DNA of 64,000 bases from a virus (Duplodnaviria > Caudoviricetes): positions 32,001 to 96,000 of the IMG/VR virus record IMGVR_UViG_3300047159_000040, one strand, 5' to 3'. Made by a program: the position numbers and the translations under genes. Below, piece after piece: positions 1 through 9,263 of this stretch (its first letter is position 1; every line of letters begins with the position of its first letter). The notes under the pieces were generated by a model that did no database searches, had not been told where the DNA came from, and saw only the letters and a list, made by a program, of their open reading frames with translations.

Positions 1-2996
1 GCCGATTCCGTTGATATGGCGGAAGCATTGGCGTCGATAGACGACTGAAGCGCATTGTCTCTTGACAGTCTGGCGGCTGACTCATCGGAGTCGGCTTTGT
101 TAAGCGCAGTTACTTTGGTGTCGATCTCGGTTTTGGTGTAGGCGTCGGTGATTCCGAATCCGGAAACGGTGGTCGGTTTCGATGCCAAGTTGGCGAACGT
201 CGTGTTATGAGGGTTGGTTCCGTCGGTGATCTGGCTGTGGGCGAACGCCGTTAGATCAAGATGCTTGTACGTCGAGTCTGTGTGAGACCAGTAGTATGCG
301 TCTGATTTGCTAAGATCAACGTAGATGTAGTGGATGTCTCCGGCATCGACGCCCTGATCGTTCTTTGGGAAATCCGATCTTGTGGCATATTGGAATAATC
401 CGCTCCAAGCGTGAGTAGTCGTGAGAGCAGAGCTTATCGCTGCGGCCTTGGCTGCGTCGACGTATGCTTTTACGACGCTGTTTTGAACAGGATTATACGA
501 GGCATCGGACATGGCCTTATCGACAGCCACGATTCCGACTGACGTGTCGGTGGCGCGATTGAAGGTGAATGTCAGATCGTTTCCTATCTTAGCGTTTTCG
601 GCATTGACTAGATGGAGCCCTATCTTGTAATAATAGTTATAGATAGTCCCATCGGATCTTGTGTCATATCCCGTCTGAGTTCCGCCGAAATCGGCTAAGT
701 CGATCGGAACGTACTTCTCCAATCCGCCGCTGGTTACTGGATTGGCCGAGTCCTTTGTAGGAGTCGCATCGAAAGTAAGATTATTCTGTTTGCTGCTCTG
801 AAGATTCGCTATGTCTGAGTCATTTGAAGCGATGTTGTCTGCATTTACTTTCTCGGCGGCTTTGGCTCTGGATATCTCGTTGGCGATATCGGTTCTATTG
901 GTGGAGATATCGGATTCGTTCTTGGTGACTCTGGTCTCAAGGGAGGTGGCTCTGCTGGCATTGCTTTGCGATCTTGAATCGGTCGTGATTAGCTCATTGA
1001 CGAAGTCTTTGCTCATCAAGCCATCGTTGGTTGTCGTCGCCAGCTGCACATCGTGGCCAAGATCATCCCACGACGATCCGTTCCAGACGTAATCGACGTT
1101 TGTGGCTGTGGTTCCGGAAACGCCGTCTGAAGAGCTTCCGTCATTCTCGACGGTTTCTACGACATAGACGTCTCCTACAGACATCCCGGTCAAGGCAAGC
1201 AAAGCTGCGTATGTGCTTACTTTTCCTCTGTATGTATAGGCGATGGCGGCTTTGTCGGCCACCGCTTTGAGCTGGGTATCAAGCGCCAGTATCGAAGTCT
1301 GAACGTTCGATTTTGATTTGTCTGAATCTGTAGGAAGATAGTTGCTTCCTGAATTGCTGACAGCGATATCCGCGGCAGTCAGGGAATTTATTTTATTTTC
1401 CAGATCGGTGTCTTTATTTGCTCTCGCGGTCTGCTCGTTGTCTATCCTGACGCCTAGCGCATTGTCCGCCGAGACTCTGCTATTCGTCTCCGTGGCGATA
1501 TTCGAGGCGTTCTTTGAGATATTGGAAGCATTGGCTGAGATATTTGCGGCGTTGGTTTGCTCAGCGGCTCTGGCTGTCGACGCCTCGCTCTCAAGCGACG
1601 ACTGCAAAGAGTCATCCTTGGCTTTGCGTGCGGCAGCTTCCGTTTTATCGGCGGAGTCTCTGGCTGTGGTCTCAGCCGTTAGGGCGCTGATGGTGTCGGC
1701 TGCGGTAGTGTCTATTCTCTCCAGAATAGAGGATATCTTATTGATGGTCTGCTGAACATTCTCTGAACTGTAGAGAAGGTAATCCTCAACGACATTTCCA
1801 GACTCATCGGTCGTGTAGTTATTGGCATAGATCTGAGAAGCGCTGAGCGCATTCATATGCGTCCAGATGGCATTGTCATTCGTCTCTCGAGTCTTGGCTT
1901 CGGTGCTGATATCGGTGAGAAGCTCTTGTCTCTTGATTGAGATATCGTCGCTAAGATCCTTCTTTAGGATCGTGTCTTGGCTGTCGGCATATGCTCTTGA
2001 GTTTGTTTCAGACGTATCGGTGTACGCCTTAAGCTCGGTTCTCAATGAATTATCGGCATTGGCTCTGTTGGTCGCCTCTGACGTGATGTCAGAAGATATT
2101 GATTTAATGGCTGCCGCGTTTACCAAGACATCGACTTTTATGTCATTTTCATTGGCTCTGGCCAGACTGGCTTCGGCATCGAGATTCGATTTAGCGGTGG
2201 TCGCATAAGACTCATCTTGCTGATCAACGTATTTCTTGGCAGTAACAAGAGAAGCGCTAGCCGATGCGTCGGTATATGACTTCGATGACGCCAGGTTGGC
2301 ATCGCTGTAAGCTTCGGCGGTTATGATGGTTTCGGCATCGGCTTGAATGCGGGCGGTCTTTTCTGAAGATACCGCAGCCGCGGCAGCCGATTCAACGCTG
2401 GCTATCGAAGAGTTTATAGTATCGAGAGCCGCGGTAAGCTTGGCAATCGTCGATTCCTCGAGAGTGCTTATGCTTCCGGTTCCTTCGCTCCAGATAGCTG
2501 CGACCTTGGCTATGGTCTCGGCTTGGGTTGCTGATAGAAGGCTTGAATTGGTAAGGTATTTCTTGACATCAGATCTCGTCGCTTCGATGGTCTCGGCAAT
2601 GCTGTCAGCGGAGATCGATCCGTTGGTCTTATTGGCGGCAAGCTCGGCTTTGTAGATGGCGTAATACTGCTTGAAGTACTGCTCGTATATGCGCTTGAAG
2701 TTAAGTACTTTCGATACCTGGGTCTTATAGTCGTCGTTAGTGAAGGCGATGTTATAGTCGGTAAGGATGTCCTTGGCGGCGAGTTCCTCTATCTTGGCGT
2801 TGATCTCAGTCTCAGACGTCACCTCAGCCGAAAGAGGCGAGTCGGCGTTTGATCGCAGTTCAGCGACCATCGCATCGAAATCATAGACGTATTTGTCAGT
2901 GAACGTTAAAGACACGGACGAAGTAGCGGCCGTCGTTTCAGTGGTTGTCGTAGTAGCGGAAGACTTCAATCCGGTGGTGCCTAACTTCAATGACAT
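1..2996 (-). CDS. Tail fibre / long coiled-coil fibre protein, 3' end runs out of the window
   Basis: Not in the ORF track because it is open at the window edge. ATG at 2996 with a GAGG RBS and a late promoter upstream. Translation starts MSLKLGTTGLKSSATTTTT. It has Ala/Ser/Asp-rich coiled-coil repeats and typical fibre motifs (YRGKVSTYAALLAL..VGDVYVV, YVWNGSSWDDLG, KPTTVSGFGITDAYTKTEID). Confidence 0.75.
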   Translation of the reverse strand, partial: MSLKLGTTGLKSSATTTTTETTAATSSVSLTFTDKYVYDFDAMVAELRSNADSPLSAEVTSETEINAKIEELAAKDILTDYNIAFTNDDYKTQVSKVLNFKRIYEQYFKQYYAIYKAELAANKTNGSISADSIAETIEATRSDVKKYLTNSSLLSATQAETIAKVAAIWSEGTGSISTLEESTIAKLTAALDTINSSIASVESAAAAAVSSEKTARIQADAETIITAEAYSDANLASSKSYTDASASASLVTAKKYVDQQDESYATTAKSNLDAEASLARANENDIKVDVLVNAAAIKSISSDITSEATNRANADNSLRTELKAYTDTSETNSRAYADSQDTILKKDLSDDISIKRQELLTDISTEAKTRETNDNAIWTHMNALSASQIYANNYTTDESGNVVEDYLLYSSENVQQTINKISSILERIDTTAADTISALTAETTARDSADKTEAAARKAKDDSLQSSLESEASTARAAEQTNAANISANASNISKNASNIATETNSRVSADNALGVRIDNEQTARANKDTDLENKINSLTAADIAVSNSGSNYLPTDSDKSKSNVQTSILALDTQLKAVADKAAIAYTYRGKVSTYAALLALTGMSVGDVYVVETVENDGSSSDGVSGTTATNVDYVWNGSSWDDLGHDVQLATTTNDGLMSKDFVNELITTDSRSQSNASRATSLETRVTKNESDISTNRTDIANEISRAKAAEKVNADNIASNDSDIANLQSSKQNNLTFDATPTKDSANPVTSGGLEKYVPIDLADFGGTQTGYDTRSDGTIYNYYYKIGLHLVNAENAKIGNDLTFTFNRATDTSVGIVAVDKAMSDASYNPVQNSVVKAYVDAAKAAAISSALTTTHAWSGLFQYATRSDFPKNDQGVDAGDIHYIYVDLSKSDAYYWSHTDSTYKHLDLTAFAHSQITDGTNPHNTTFANLASKPTTVSGFGITDAYTKTEIDTKVTALNKADSDESAARLSRDNALQSSIDANASAISTES

Positions 2997-3136
2997 GTAT
3001 GAATCCTCTTAACGAAATACGCGTTGATAATCAATTGTTCAAGACGACCAGATTCCAACGAGCCAAATCAAGAATTTGATATTTGGGCGAGAATAAGAAT
3101 ATATGATTTATCAAATAACAAGGAGGCATACAAGGT

Positions 3137-3265
3137 ATGCTAAAGAAAGATTCTAGCAGATACGACTGGTTAGACAATACGTCTAATCCAAAGTTGGCGG
3201 AGGCTTATTGCCGTCGTCAGCAGAATCAGAATACTAAAATCAACGAGGCCGTGAAGGCCAAGTAA
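3137..3265 (+). CDS. Small 42-aa hypothetical protein (MLKKDSSRYDWLDNTSNPKLAEAYCRRQQNQNTKINEAVKAK)
   Basis: Perfect AAGGAGG RBS at 3120-3126. The ORF fills the intergenic gap and is followed directly by a terminator. Confidence 0.55.
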   Translation: MLKKDSSRYDWLDNTSNPKLAEAYCRRQQNQNTKINEAVKAK

Positions 3266-3307
3266 AAAGAAAGGTCCTGACGCAAGCCAGGATCTTTTTT
3301 TTATTTT
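3264..3307. terminator. Bidirectional intrinsic terminator
   Basis: A-tract, AGGTCCTG-loop-CAGGATCT hairpin, then T-tract, between convergent ORFs. Confidence 0.7.
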
Positions 3308-3320
3308 CCGGACTGACGGA

Positions 3321-3509
3321 TCAAATCTTCTTAGACAGCCAGATTTGACCGATGGCCGGATTGTCTGGATTGGGGTTCTCCCCATCGGAGTACTCATGAA
3401 CCTGAGCCACGAGAGGAGCCGTCGAATTGAGACGAGATCCCGCCTTGATCTGATCGAGATTGTAAGTAGTCCCTGGGGTTCCTTTGATTCCGATAGTTCT
3501 TTTTGCCAT
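3321..3509 (-). CDS. Small tail-associated hypothetical protein
   Basis: Abuts the upstream ORF. The C-terminal P..IGQIWL motif is common in fibre-associated proteins. Confidence 0.55.
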   Translation of the reverse strand: MAKRTIGIKGTPGTTYNLDQIKAGSRLNSTAPLVAQVHEYSDGENPNPDNPAIGQIWLSKKI

Positions 3510-3510
3510 T

Positions 3511-4524
3511 TTACATGACCTTCCTGATAATGATCATTAATCTTCCGTCTATGTTCGACGGATCTACTTTCTTGCCCGTCCAGTCGACGAGAGAGAACTT
3601 GACGTATCCTGCTTTCATCGTATTATCCGAGACGTCAGACGAAACCGATGTTATCGAATATCCTGAGAATCTGTTGTATCCCACGATCTTATTCGTGTTG
3701 ATCTGAACCTCAAACTTGGGCTCAGCCATCGAATCCCCTAGAACGTCATTCTGAGCATCCCTCTCAATGGAGAATTCCATGAGCTTGGTGTCATAGAAGC
3801 ACTGGATTCCCGCTCCGCTTATCTTTGGGAGCTCGACCCATCTTAGCTTAGTCCCGGTATTCTTGCAAACAGGCTTTGCCTCATATATCCCATACGCGGC
3901 TACCTTGAGAGTGGCTATTCCGATCATCTCAGACGGATCTTCTTCTTCGGATTCGCTCGGACCGACCTCTACCTCTATTTCCTCTATGACTATGCTTGAT
4001 ATGGCGATCTTTCCGCAAGTGAAATAGAGCATTGCCTCAGTTCCATAAGATCTGAACACTCCATGGCATGCGACGGTCTCATAAGTCCCGGACAGGTCCC
4101 TCTTAAGGACAAGATCGTTGACGTCATTTGAAACAGTGATGCTGCGATCATTGGTTATCTCGATGGGAAGATTGGTCTTGCCGGCGTCCTTAGCTTTGAC
4201 CGTCAGCTGGTAGAACGTTCCTTTCTTTAGACCAAGGATATCGAAATTGAAGGTAAGCATGTCAGGCTCGAAATTAGGAGAGTTGTAAATGCTTCCGCCA
4301 TCCTCGACTGAATAGAACATTCCCTTTCCCATGTATCCGCCAGGGGTGACGATGGCTTTGGTGGTGTCGGTCGTCTTGAAAGAGGTCGTGAATTCGCTGA
4401 TTCCGTTTCTGATTGAGAACTCGTCCTTGTCTTCAAGGACGCAGTTCGAGAAATTCATATTATAGATAGTCTGCGTGATCTTCTTGACTTGTGAGGCCGT
4501 TTCTTTATCGTTCATGTTTATCAC
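3511..4524 (-). CDS. Hypothetical virion protein, beta-rich, possible carbohydrate-binding module
   Basis: 337-aa ORF in a late operon next to the tail fibre. Function is inferred from context only. Confidence 0.6.
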   Translation of the reverse strand: MINMNDKETASQVKKITQTIYNMNFSNCVLEDKDEFSIRNGISEFTTSFKTTDTTKAIVTPGGYMGKGMFYSVEDGGSIYNSPNFEPDMLTFNFDILGLKKGTFYQLTVKAKDAGKTNLPIEITNDRSITVSNDVNDLVLKRDLSGTYETVACHGVFRSYGTEAMLYFTCGKIAISSIVIEEIEVEVGPSESEEEDPSEMIGIATLKVAAYGIYEAKPVCKNTGTKLRWVELPKISGAGIQCFYDTKLMEFSIERDAQNDVLGDSMAEPKFEVQINTNKIVGYNRFSGYSITSVSSDVSDNTMKAGYVKFSLVDWTGKKVDPSNIDGRLMIIIRKVM

Positions 4525-4525
4525 C

Positions 4526-6082
4526 TCACTTCATATACAGCTGATTCTTATGCACGACCACGCCTCGGATGACGTTTCCTTCCGGAACGGTCAAGCGAAG
4601 GGTTATCTGCGATGAAGGAGATTGCTGCAGCATTTTGATGACGTGCCTGGTCTCTTTTTTGTCGGATGATTGAAGGACTAGATGGAGAGTAGGCTCGATG
4701 ATGACATCGTTTTCGTCGTAGAACTCAAGCCCTTCTCCTCCCTCTCCGTCAACCATGACGTCGATGTTGTTGCATGGAGTCTCGCTTATTAGCATCGTCA
4801 CGTCGTGGCTAGACGAAAGCTTTGGGATCGAATACTTGACGACGGTTCCTTCGGATATCGCATAGAACGAATCCTTTATCATAAGCATTCCGCTTAGATC
4901 ATATTCTTTGGCTATGATGCTGGCCCCGATCGTTCCGTCAGGGTTTCCGGCGAGTATGCGATCTTTGATGCTAAACCAGAATTTATTGTCGTATACGCTG
5001 AAGAACCCGAGGTCATCATACTCAGCGGATATTCCATACTGGTCGTATATGACCTCTGATGGGGCTTGGCCAGGAAGGTCGAGATTGTATTCCCATACGA
5101 ACGGAGATCCGTTCTTTACTCCCAATATCCAGGCATATCTGCCATTATTGCAGAGATATTTAGCCTGATACGCGAAGTCTTCCTTGGCAGGATGCGTAAT
5201 CGGATCAAGCAATTCTAGCCCAGCTCCGGCGGCGTCCTTTTTCCACACGTGAAGAATGCGACCATTCTGGCAAGGGCTGTATGATCTTCCAAGAACCGCG
5301 AATCCGACGTATCCTATCTTCTGCATGGCGATAGGAAGCTGATATCCGGATCTTCTAAGGCAATCGTATGACGCGTACTTGCATCCGGTCTCGAAGTCAC
5401 CGATGATGACCCCGTCTCTGTTGTCAGAAACCGTTATGGCGACTTTTCCGTCTCCGAGATCCTTGATTCCGATGACGTTCGGGATCTGGAACTTAAGCTC
5501 GTATAAGTCTATCGTAGGATCGAAATAGAACACTCCGTCAGATTCGGTTGCGATAAGGAACCCGCTTCCATGGGAATCGAAGTCTGATATCGAATTAGAA
5601 TCCGACACCGCTCTTTGGAACTTGTCTTTGATGGCGGTAACCGCCTGAACCGTAGAGACAAGCTTTCCGGTGGATACCTCGATCTTAGAGACGCTTCCGT
5701 CCTCGCTGAGAGCGAGAATGAATCCATCGTCCGACAATTTGATCTTGGTTATCTTCGAATCAGGGACGAACACGATGTCGGCATTCGATTCCATAGCCGC
5801 CGATGGGAAGAAGCTTGGCTTCGATTCCCCGACGATCATCTGGCGGTCAAACGCGGACATGTAATCTATATCCGATCTCAAAAGATGCTTCAGCATTCCG
5901 GCAATCTCGTCGGCTTTGTACACCGTGCGCATGAAGGACTCGTTTACGTATCTAGTCGAGAAAGCGGTGCCGTTGTAGCAGACTATGCCGCCAAGATCAG
6001 GGCTGTACCCAGCCTTGAGATTCTCGAACTGATTGAGCTTGTCGATGACTTTCTGGTCAAGCTCTTTTTCCTGAACCTTCAT
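4526..6082 (-). CDS. Hypothetical virion protein, probable beta-propeller
   Basis: 518 aa with repeated short strands ending in D/G turns (LALSEDGSVSKI, LIATESDGVFYF). Late promoter at 6105-6116. Confidence 0.6.
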   Translation of the reverse strand: MKVQEKELDQKVIDKLNQFENLKAGYSPDLGGIVCYNGTAFSTRYVNESFMRTVYKADEIAGMLKHLLRSDIDYMSAFDRQMIVGESKPSFFPSAAMESNADIVFVPDSKITKIKLSDDGFILALSEDGSVSKIEVSTGKLVSTVQAVTAIKDKFQRAVSDSNSISDFDSHGSGFLIATESDGVFYFDPTIDLYELKFQIPNVIGIKDLGDGKVAITVSDNRDGVIIGDFETGCKYASYDCLRRSGYQLPIAMQKIGYVGFAVLGRSYSPCQNGRILHVWKKDAAGAGLELLDPITHPAKEDFAYQAKYLCNNGRYAWILGVKNGSPFVWEYNLDLPGQAPSEVIYDQYGISAEYDDLGFFSVYDNKFWFSIKDRILAGNPDGTIGASIIAKEYDLSGMLMIKDSFYAISEGTVVKYSIPKLSSSHDVTMLISETPCNNIDVMVDGEGGEGLEFYDENDVIIEPTLHLVLQSSDKKETRHVIKMLQQSPSSQITLRLTVPEGNVIRGVVVHKNQLYMK

Positions 6083-6187
6083 TTATAGCGCCTCGATGAA
6101 TGCATAATCAATTGTTCGAGAGGCTATATCAGGCCAAATCTGGGATTTATTTATTTTTTTCCGCGATGGCGGCTCAAACAACCGATT

Positions 6188-6682
6188 ATGGCAACAAAAA
6201 CACACAATCCATCAGTTACTAAGACAATTACTATACAGTTCGACACCGAGCCAATAGCTTATGCCCGTGAGAGATTCACCAAGTTCGGAGGAGCCGGGCA
6301 TGGCAGATTCTACAATCCAAGGGCATCCGTCATCGACGCTTACAACAAAGCTGCCAAAGCGATGCTAAGCGACGAAGACCGATCGTTTCTCGATGCGCTG
6401 ATCAACGACAAAGCCGCTGACTATCAGCTAGAGATCAGCGGAAAGTTTTACGTTGCCATCCCTAAATCAGCTCCTGAGTGGAAGAAGAAGCTTATGGAGG
6501 ATGGCAGCATCCGCCCTTGCATCAGGCCAGACGTCGATAACTTCATAAAGCTCATATTAGACGCCATGCACGGAGTCCTATACGAAGACGATAAGAGAGT
6601 CGTGTCTATCTCATCTAATAAATTCTATTCCGAAAGCCCACGAACCGAGCTGACTGTAAAAGTATCGGTGTTTAAGAACTAG
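6188..6682 (+). CDS. rusA: RusA-family Holliday junction resolvase
   Basis: RPDVDNFIKLILDAM..YEDDKRVV catalytic motif, and the KFYSESPRTE tail typical of RusA. Confidence 0.9.
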   Translation: MATKTHNPSVTKTITIQFDTEPIAYARERFTKFGGAGHGRFYNPRASVIDAYNKAAKAMLSDEDRSFLDALINDKAADYQLEISGKFYVAIPKSAPEWKKKLMEDGSIRPCIRPDVDNFIKLILDAMHGVLYEDDKRVVSISSNKFYSESPRTELTVKVSVFKN

Positions 6683-6690
6683 CCCGCCGA

Positions 6691-6699
6691 TGTTATAAT
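6691..6699 (+). promoter_or_regulatory. Extended -10 sigmaA promoter (TGTTATAAT)
   Basis: Exact TGnTATAAT, followed by an AAAGGA RBS and the ATG at 6724. Confidence 0.55.
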
Positions 6700-6723
6700 A
6701 TCCGTACGAAAGGACTAAAAATT

Positions 6724-7552
6724 ATGAAAAAGTATTTCTTAATCAGCGATATCCATGGCTTCTATGACGCGATGACCGAGTCATTGACCGAAGCCGGATA
6801 TGACCCAAAAAAACAAAGATCACGTCCTTGTAGTCCTTGGCGATCTCTTCGACAGAGGAGACAACCCCAAGGAGATCAAGGCATACCTTGATGAGATCCC
6901 TGATGAGCGCAAGATCCTCATTCGCGGAAACCACGAGGCTCTTTTCCGTGATCTCATCAGAAGAAAAGCCGTTTATAACATCGATATCTCAAACGGAACG
7001 TTCAGCACTCTCTGCGATTTCTGCGGATATCATGGATGCTATGACTATTTCGACAAAGACCCCAGCATGGGAAAGTTCGCATCGATGTGCGACCAATGCA
7101 AGTGGTATATCGACTGGGTATTCGGAAAAGACTCGAAGTGGGTAAATTATTTCGAGCTTGGTAACTACATCATGGTTCATAGCTGGGTTCCTATCTTAAT
7201 CCCTAACGACGACATGATCTACGACGGAGATCTCATTCTGGCAAGCTACAACCCAGATTGGCGCAAAGCAAGCCAGCATGACTGGGAGATGGCGGCTTGG
7301 GTATGGCCAATCAGAGCCATCTATAAGAAGCTTCTTCCTCCAAAGAAGACCATGATCTTCGGCCACTGGTGCACAAGCGATCTCCATAGCGAGTTCGATG
7401 AGCCTAAGCCGTGCTTTGAAGACAATACCACGTTCGTTGGAAAGAGATGCATCGGACTCGATGCGACAACGGTGGTTAGCGGATATTGCAACGTCGTCGT
7501 ATTAGAGCAGTCCGATGATGGAAAAGTTCGTCGTCTTCCTATCAAAGACTAA
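6724..7552 (+). CDS. Calcineurin-like metallophosphoesterase with an apparent +1 frameshift at the A7 run (6807-6813)
   Basis: Motif I (SDIHG) is in the frame starting at 6724. GDLFDRG, GNHE, H and GHW motifs are in the frame of ORF 6800-7552. Removing one A joins them (YDPKNKDHVLVVLGD). Confidence 0.85.
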
Positions 7553-7587
7553 AAAAGACCTGGCATCGAGCCAGGCCTTTTCTTTTT
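7551..7587. terminator. Bidirectional intrinsic terminator
   Basis: AAAAAAG-ACCTGGC-loop-GCCAGGC-CTTTT between convergent genes. Confidence 0.7.
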
Positions 7588-7589
7588 GA

Positions 7590-9218
7590 TCACATGCTCG
7601 ACTTGATCTGCAGAAGCATTGAATCTAGCTCCGTCTTGCCTATAAGGCTTCGGCTGGCAAGCGTCTCAGACGCCATCCTTAGCTTGGTCTCGAACAAAGC
7701 GTCATCCATAGACATCGTGGAAAGAACGGTGCAGTCGCTGGTATTGGAGGCGTCATCCCCATTATTGAGGCGTTTAAGATCCGAATCGGATATCCCGATT
7801 ATCCCGAAAGCGCCTGACTTGGTTGATATATGCCTGAAGTTGCCATACTTCTTCTTGTTTCCGATGCATAGCGCAAGATAAGAGAACACATCAGGGCTCT
7901 CTGGCTTTTTATTTCCGTGGAGGCCATTGATCGAATTATTCTCTTTTTCGTCTATGACGTCTATCCGGCACAGCATTAGGCTGCGCCTTACTCTCGAAGA
8001 AACGTACACCGAGAATCCTTCGACGAACTTGAATCTTGAGTCTTTCTTGTTCATCAGGGAAACGATCTTATCAACGGTGTCTCTGTTAAAGTAGTAGTTT
8101 GAGTTATCGGACATGGCGTACTTATCGGCGGTGCTAGTGTCAGTATCTACCCTGAACTGAGTGCATATCGATCCTTTGTGCTGATAGAATACCCTGACGA
8201 ATCTGTTCGATCCGCTGAACTCAGTTCCGACTTTGATGGCTACGCATTTATCGACTCCGTTGAGCTTCTTGTAGTATTTGATCTTCTCATTTTTGACTAT
8301 GGCGCGCATGCTTTTAATGACATCGGGAGGGATCAGATCGTATGATCTGTCGTCTATGAGTTTGATCTCATGGAAGTCATCGTCATCCAAGGTTCTAGGG
8401 AACTTCAGCTTGTATATCTCGCAGCTCATCTCAGCCATCGTGCTATACGACCCATGCTGACTGGTGGCGTCTATGGCATAGTCAAAGACAAAAGTGCCTA
8501 ATTCCTTTTTTCTGATGCTGACGTCCTGCCCGACTGAATCTGGTGTTCCGTAGCACATACGACCTTTTGAGAATTCAAGATTGACATATGTTCCGACTAC
8601 GTCATAAAGGCCGGTCGAGAAAATGCTTATGGATGAGGATGAGTTTTCGATATTGAACTTGGCGAATCGGAAATTATTTTTTATTTCATCGAAAAGATGC
8701 TCATCGTTCTTGTGGCATGAGCCGAATGTTATGAGAGAGATGCTGTCCATCCAGCTGATGATTCTGCTCTCAATGAGATCTTCTGACGAGTTGGGATCCT
8801 CGTTGCTTCTTCGATAAAGCATTATCTCAGTCTCTATGACGATCTGACGCATCTGCGATCCTCTGTCAAGATTGGATCTTTCATCCGTGAAGATATTGAC
8901 GATGTTGGTTGGGCATACGATTATGAACGGGTATCTGTCAGCTGATCTGCTGCGGCATGGCATCTCGATCTGATCCGTAAGAAGAAGCGATGCCGGCGTG
9001 GCCGATCCATTGGAAGAGCTGGAGATCATGGACTCGTCATTTTTCTTAGCATCCGACGCGGTATCCTTCAAAGGCGGATACCCATAGCAAAGTATCGCCG
9101 AGTAACTGTATCTGTTGCTCGTCTTGTTGTAGATATATTCCATCAGCTCTGAAGAAGTTATCATATCATCCGTCCTTAGCAACACAAGCATAACATCTTG
9201 AATCGGCATTTGCAACAA
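7590..9218 (-). CDS. Hypothetical protein (start uncertain)
   Basis: 542-aa ORF with no motif recognised. Confidence 0.7.
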   Translation of the reverse strand: MLQMPIQDVMLVLLRTDDMITSSELMEYIYNKTSNRYSYSAILCYGYPPLKDTASDAKKNDESMISSSSNGSATPASLLLTDQIEMPCRSRSADRYPFIIVCPTNIVNIFTDERSNLDRGSQMRQIVIETEIMLYRRSNEDPNSSEDLIESRIISWMDSISLITFGSCHKNDEHLFDEIKNNFRFAKFNIENSSSSISIFSTGLYDVVGTYVNLEFSKGRMCYGTPDSVGQDVSIRKKELGTFVFDYAIDATSQHGSYSTMAEMSCEIYKLKFPRTLDDDDFHEIKLIDDRSYDLIPPDVIKSMRAIVKNEKIKYYKKLNGVDKCVAIKVGTEFSGSNRFVRVFYQHKGSICTQFRVDTDTSTADKYAMSDNSNYYFNRDTVDKIVSLMNKKDSRFKFVEGFSVYVSSRVRRSLMLCRIDVIDEKENNSINGLHGNKKPESPDVFSYLALCIGNKKKYGNFRHISTKSGAFGIIGISDSDLKRLNNGDDASNTSDCTVLSTMSMDDALFETKLRMASETLASRSLIGKTELDSMLLQIKSSM

Positions 9219-9263
9219 TACGCAGATACCTTCTGGGGAACTTTCTCACGTCAACAATGAATT

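Noticed and set aside
811-2655. Plus-strand ORFs in the first 3 kb, and many other antisense or alternate-frame ORFs in the track (for example 12732-13586, 53620-54519)
   Set aside because: They are shadows of real genes on the opposite strand or frame, caused by codon bias, and have no RBS or motifs.
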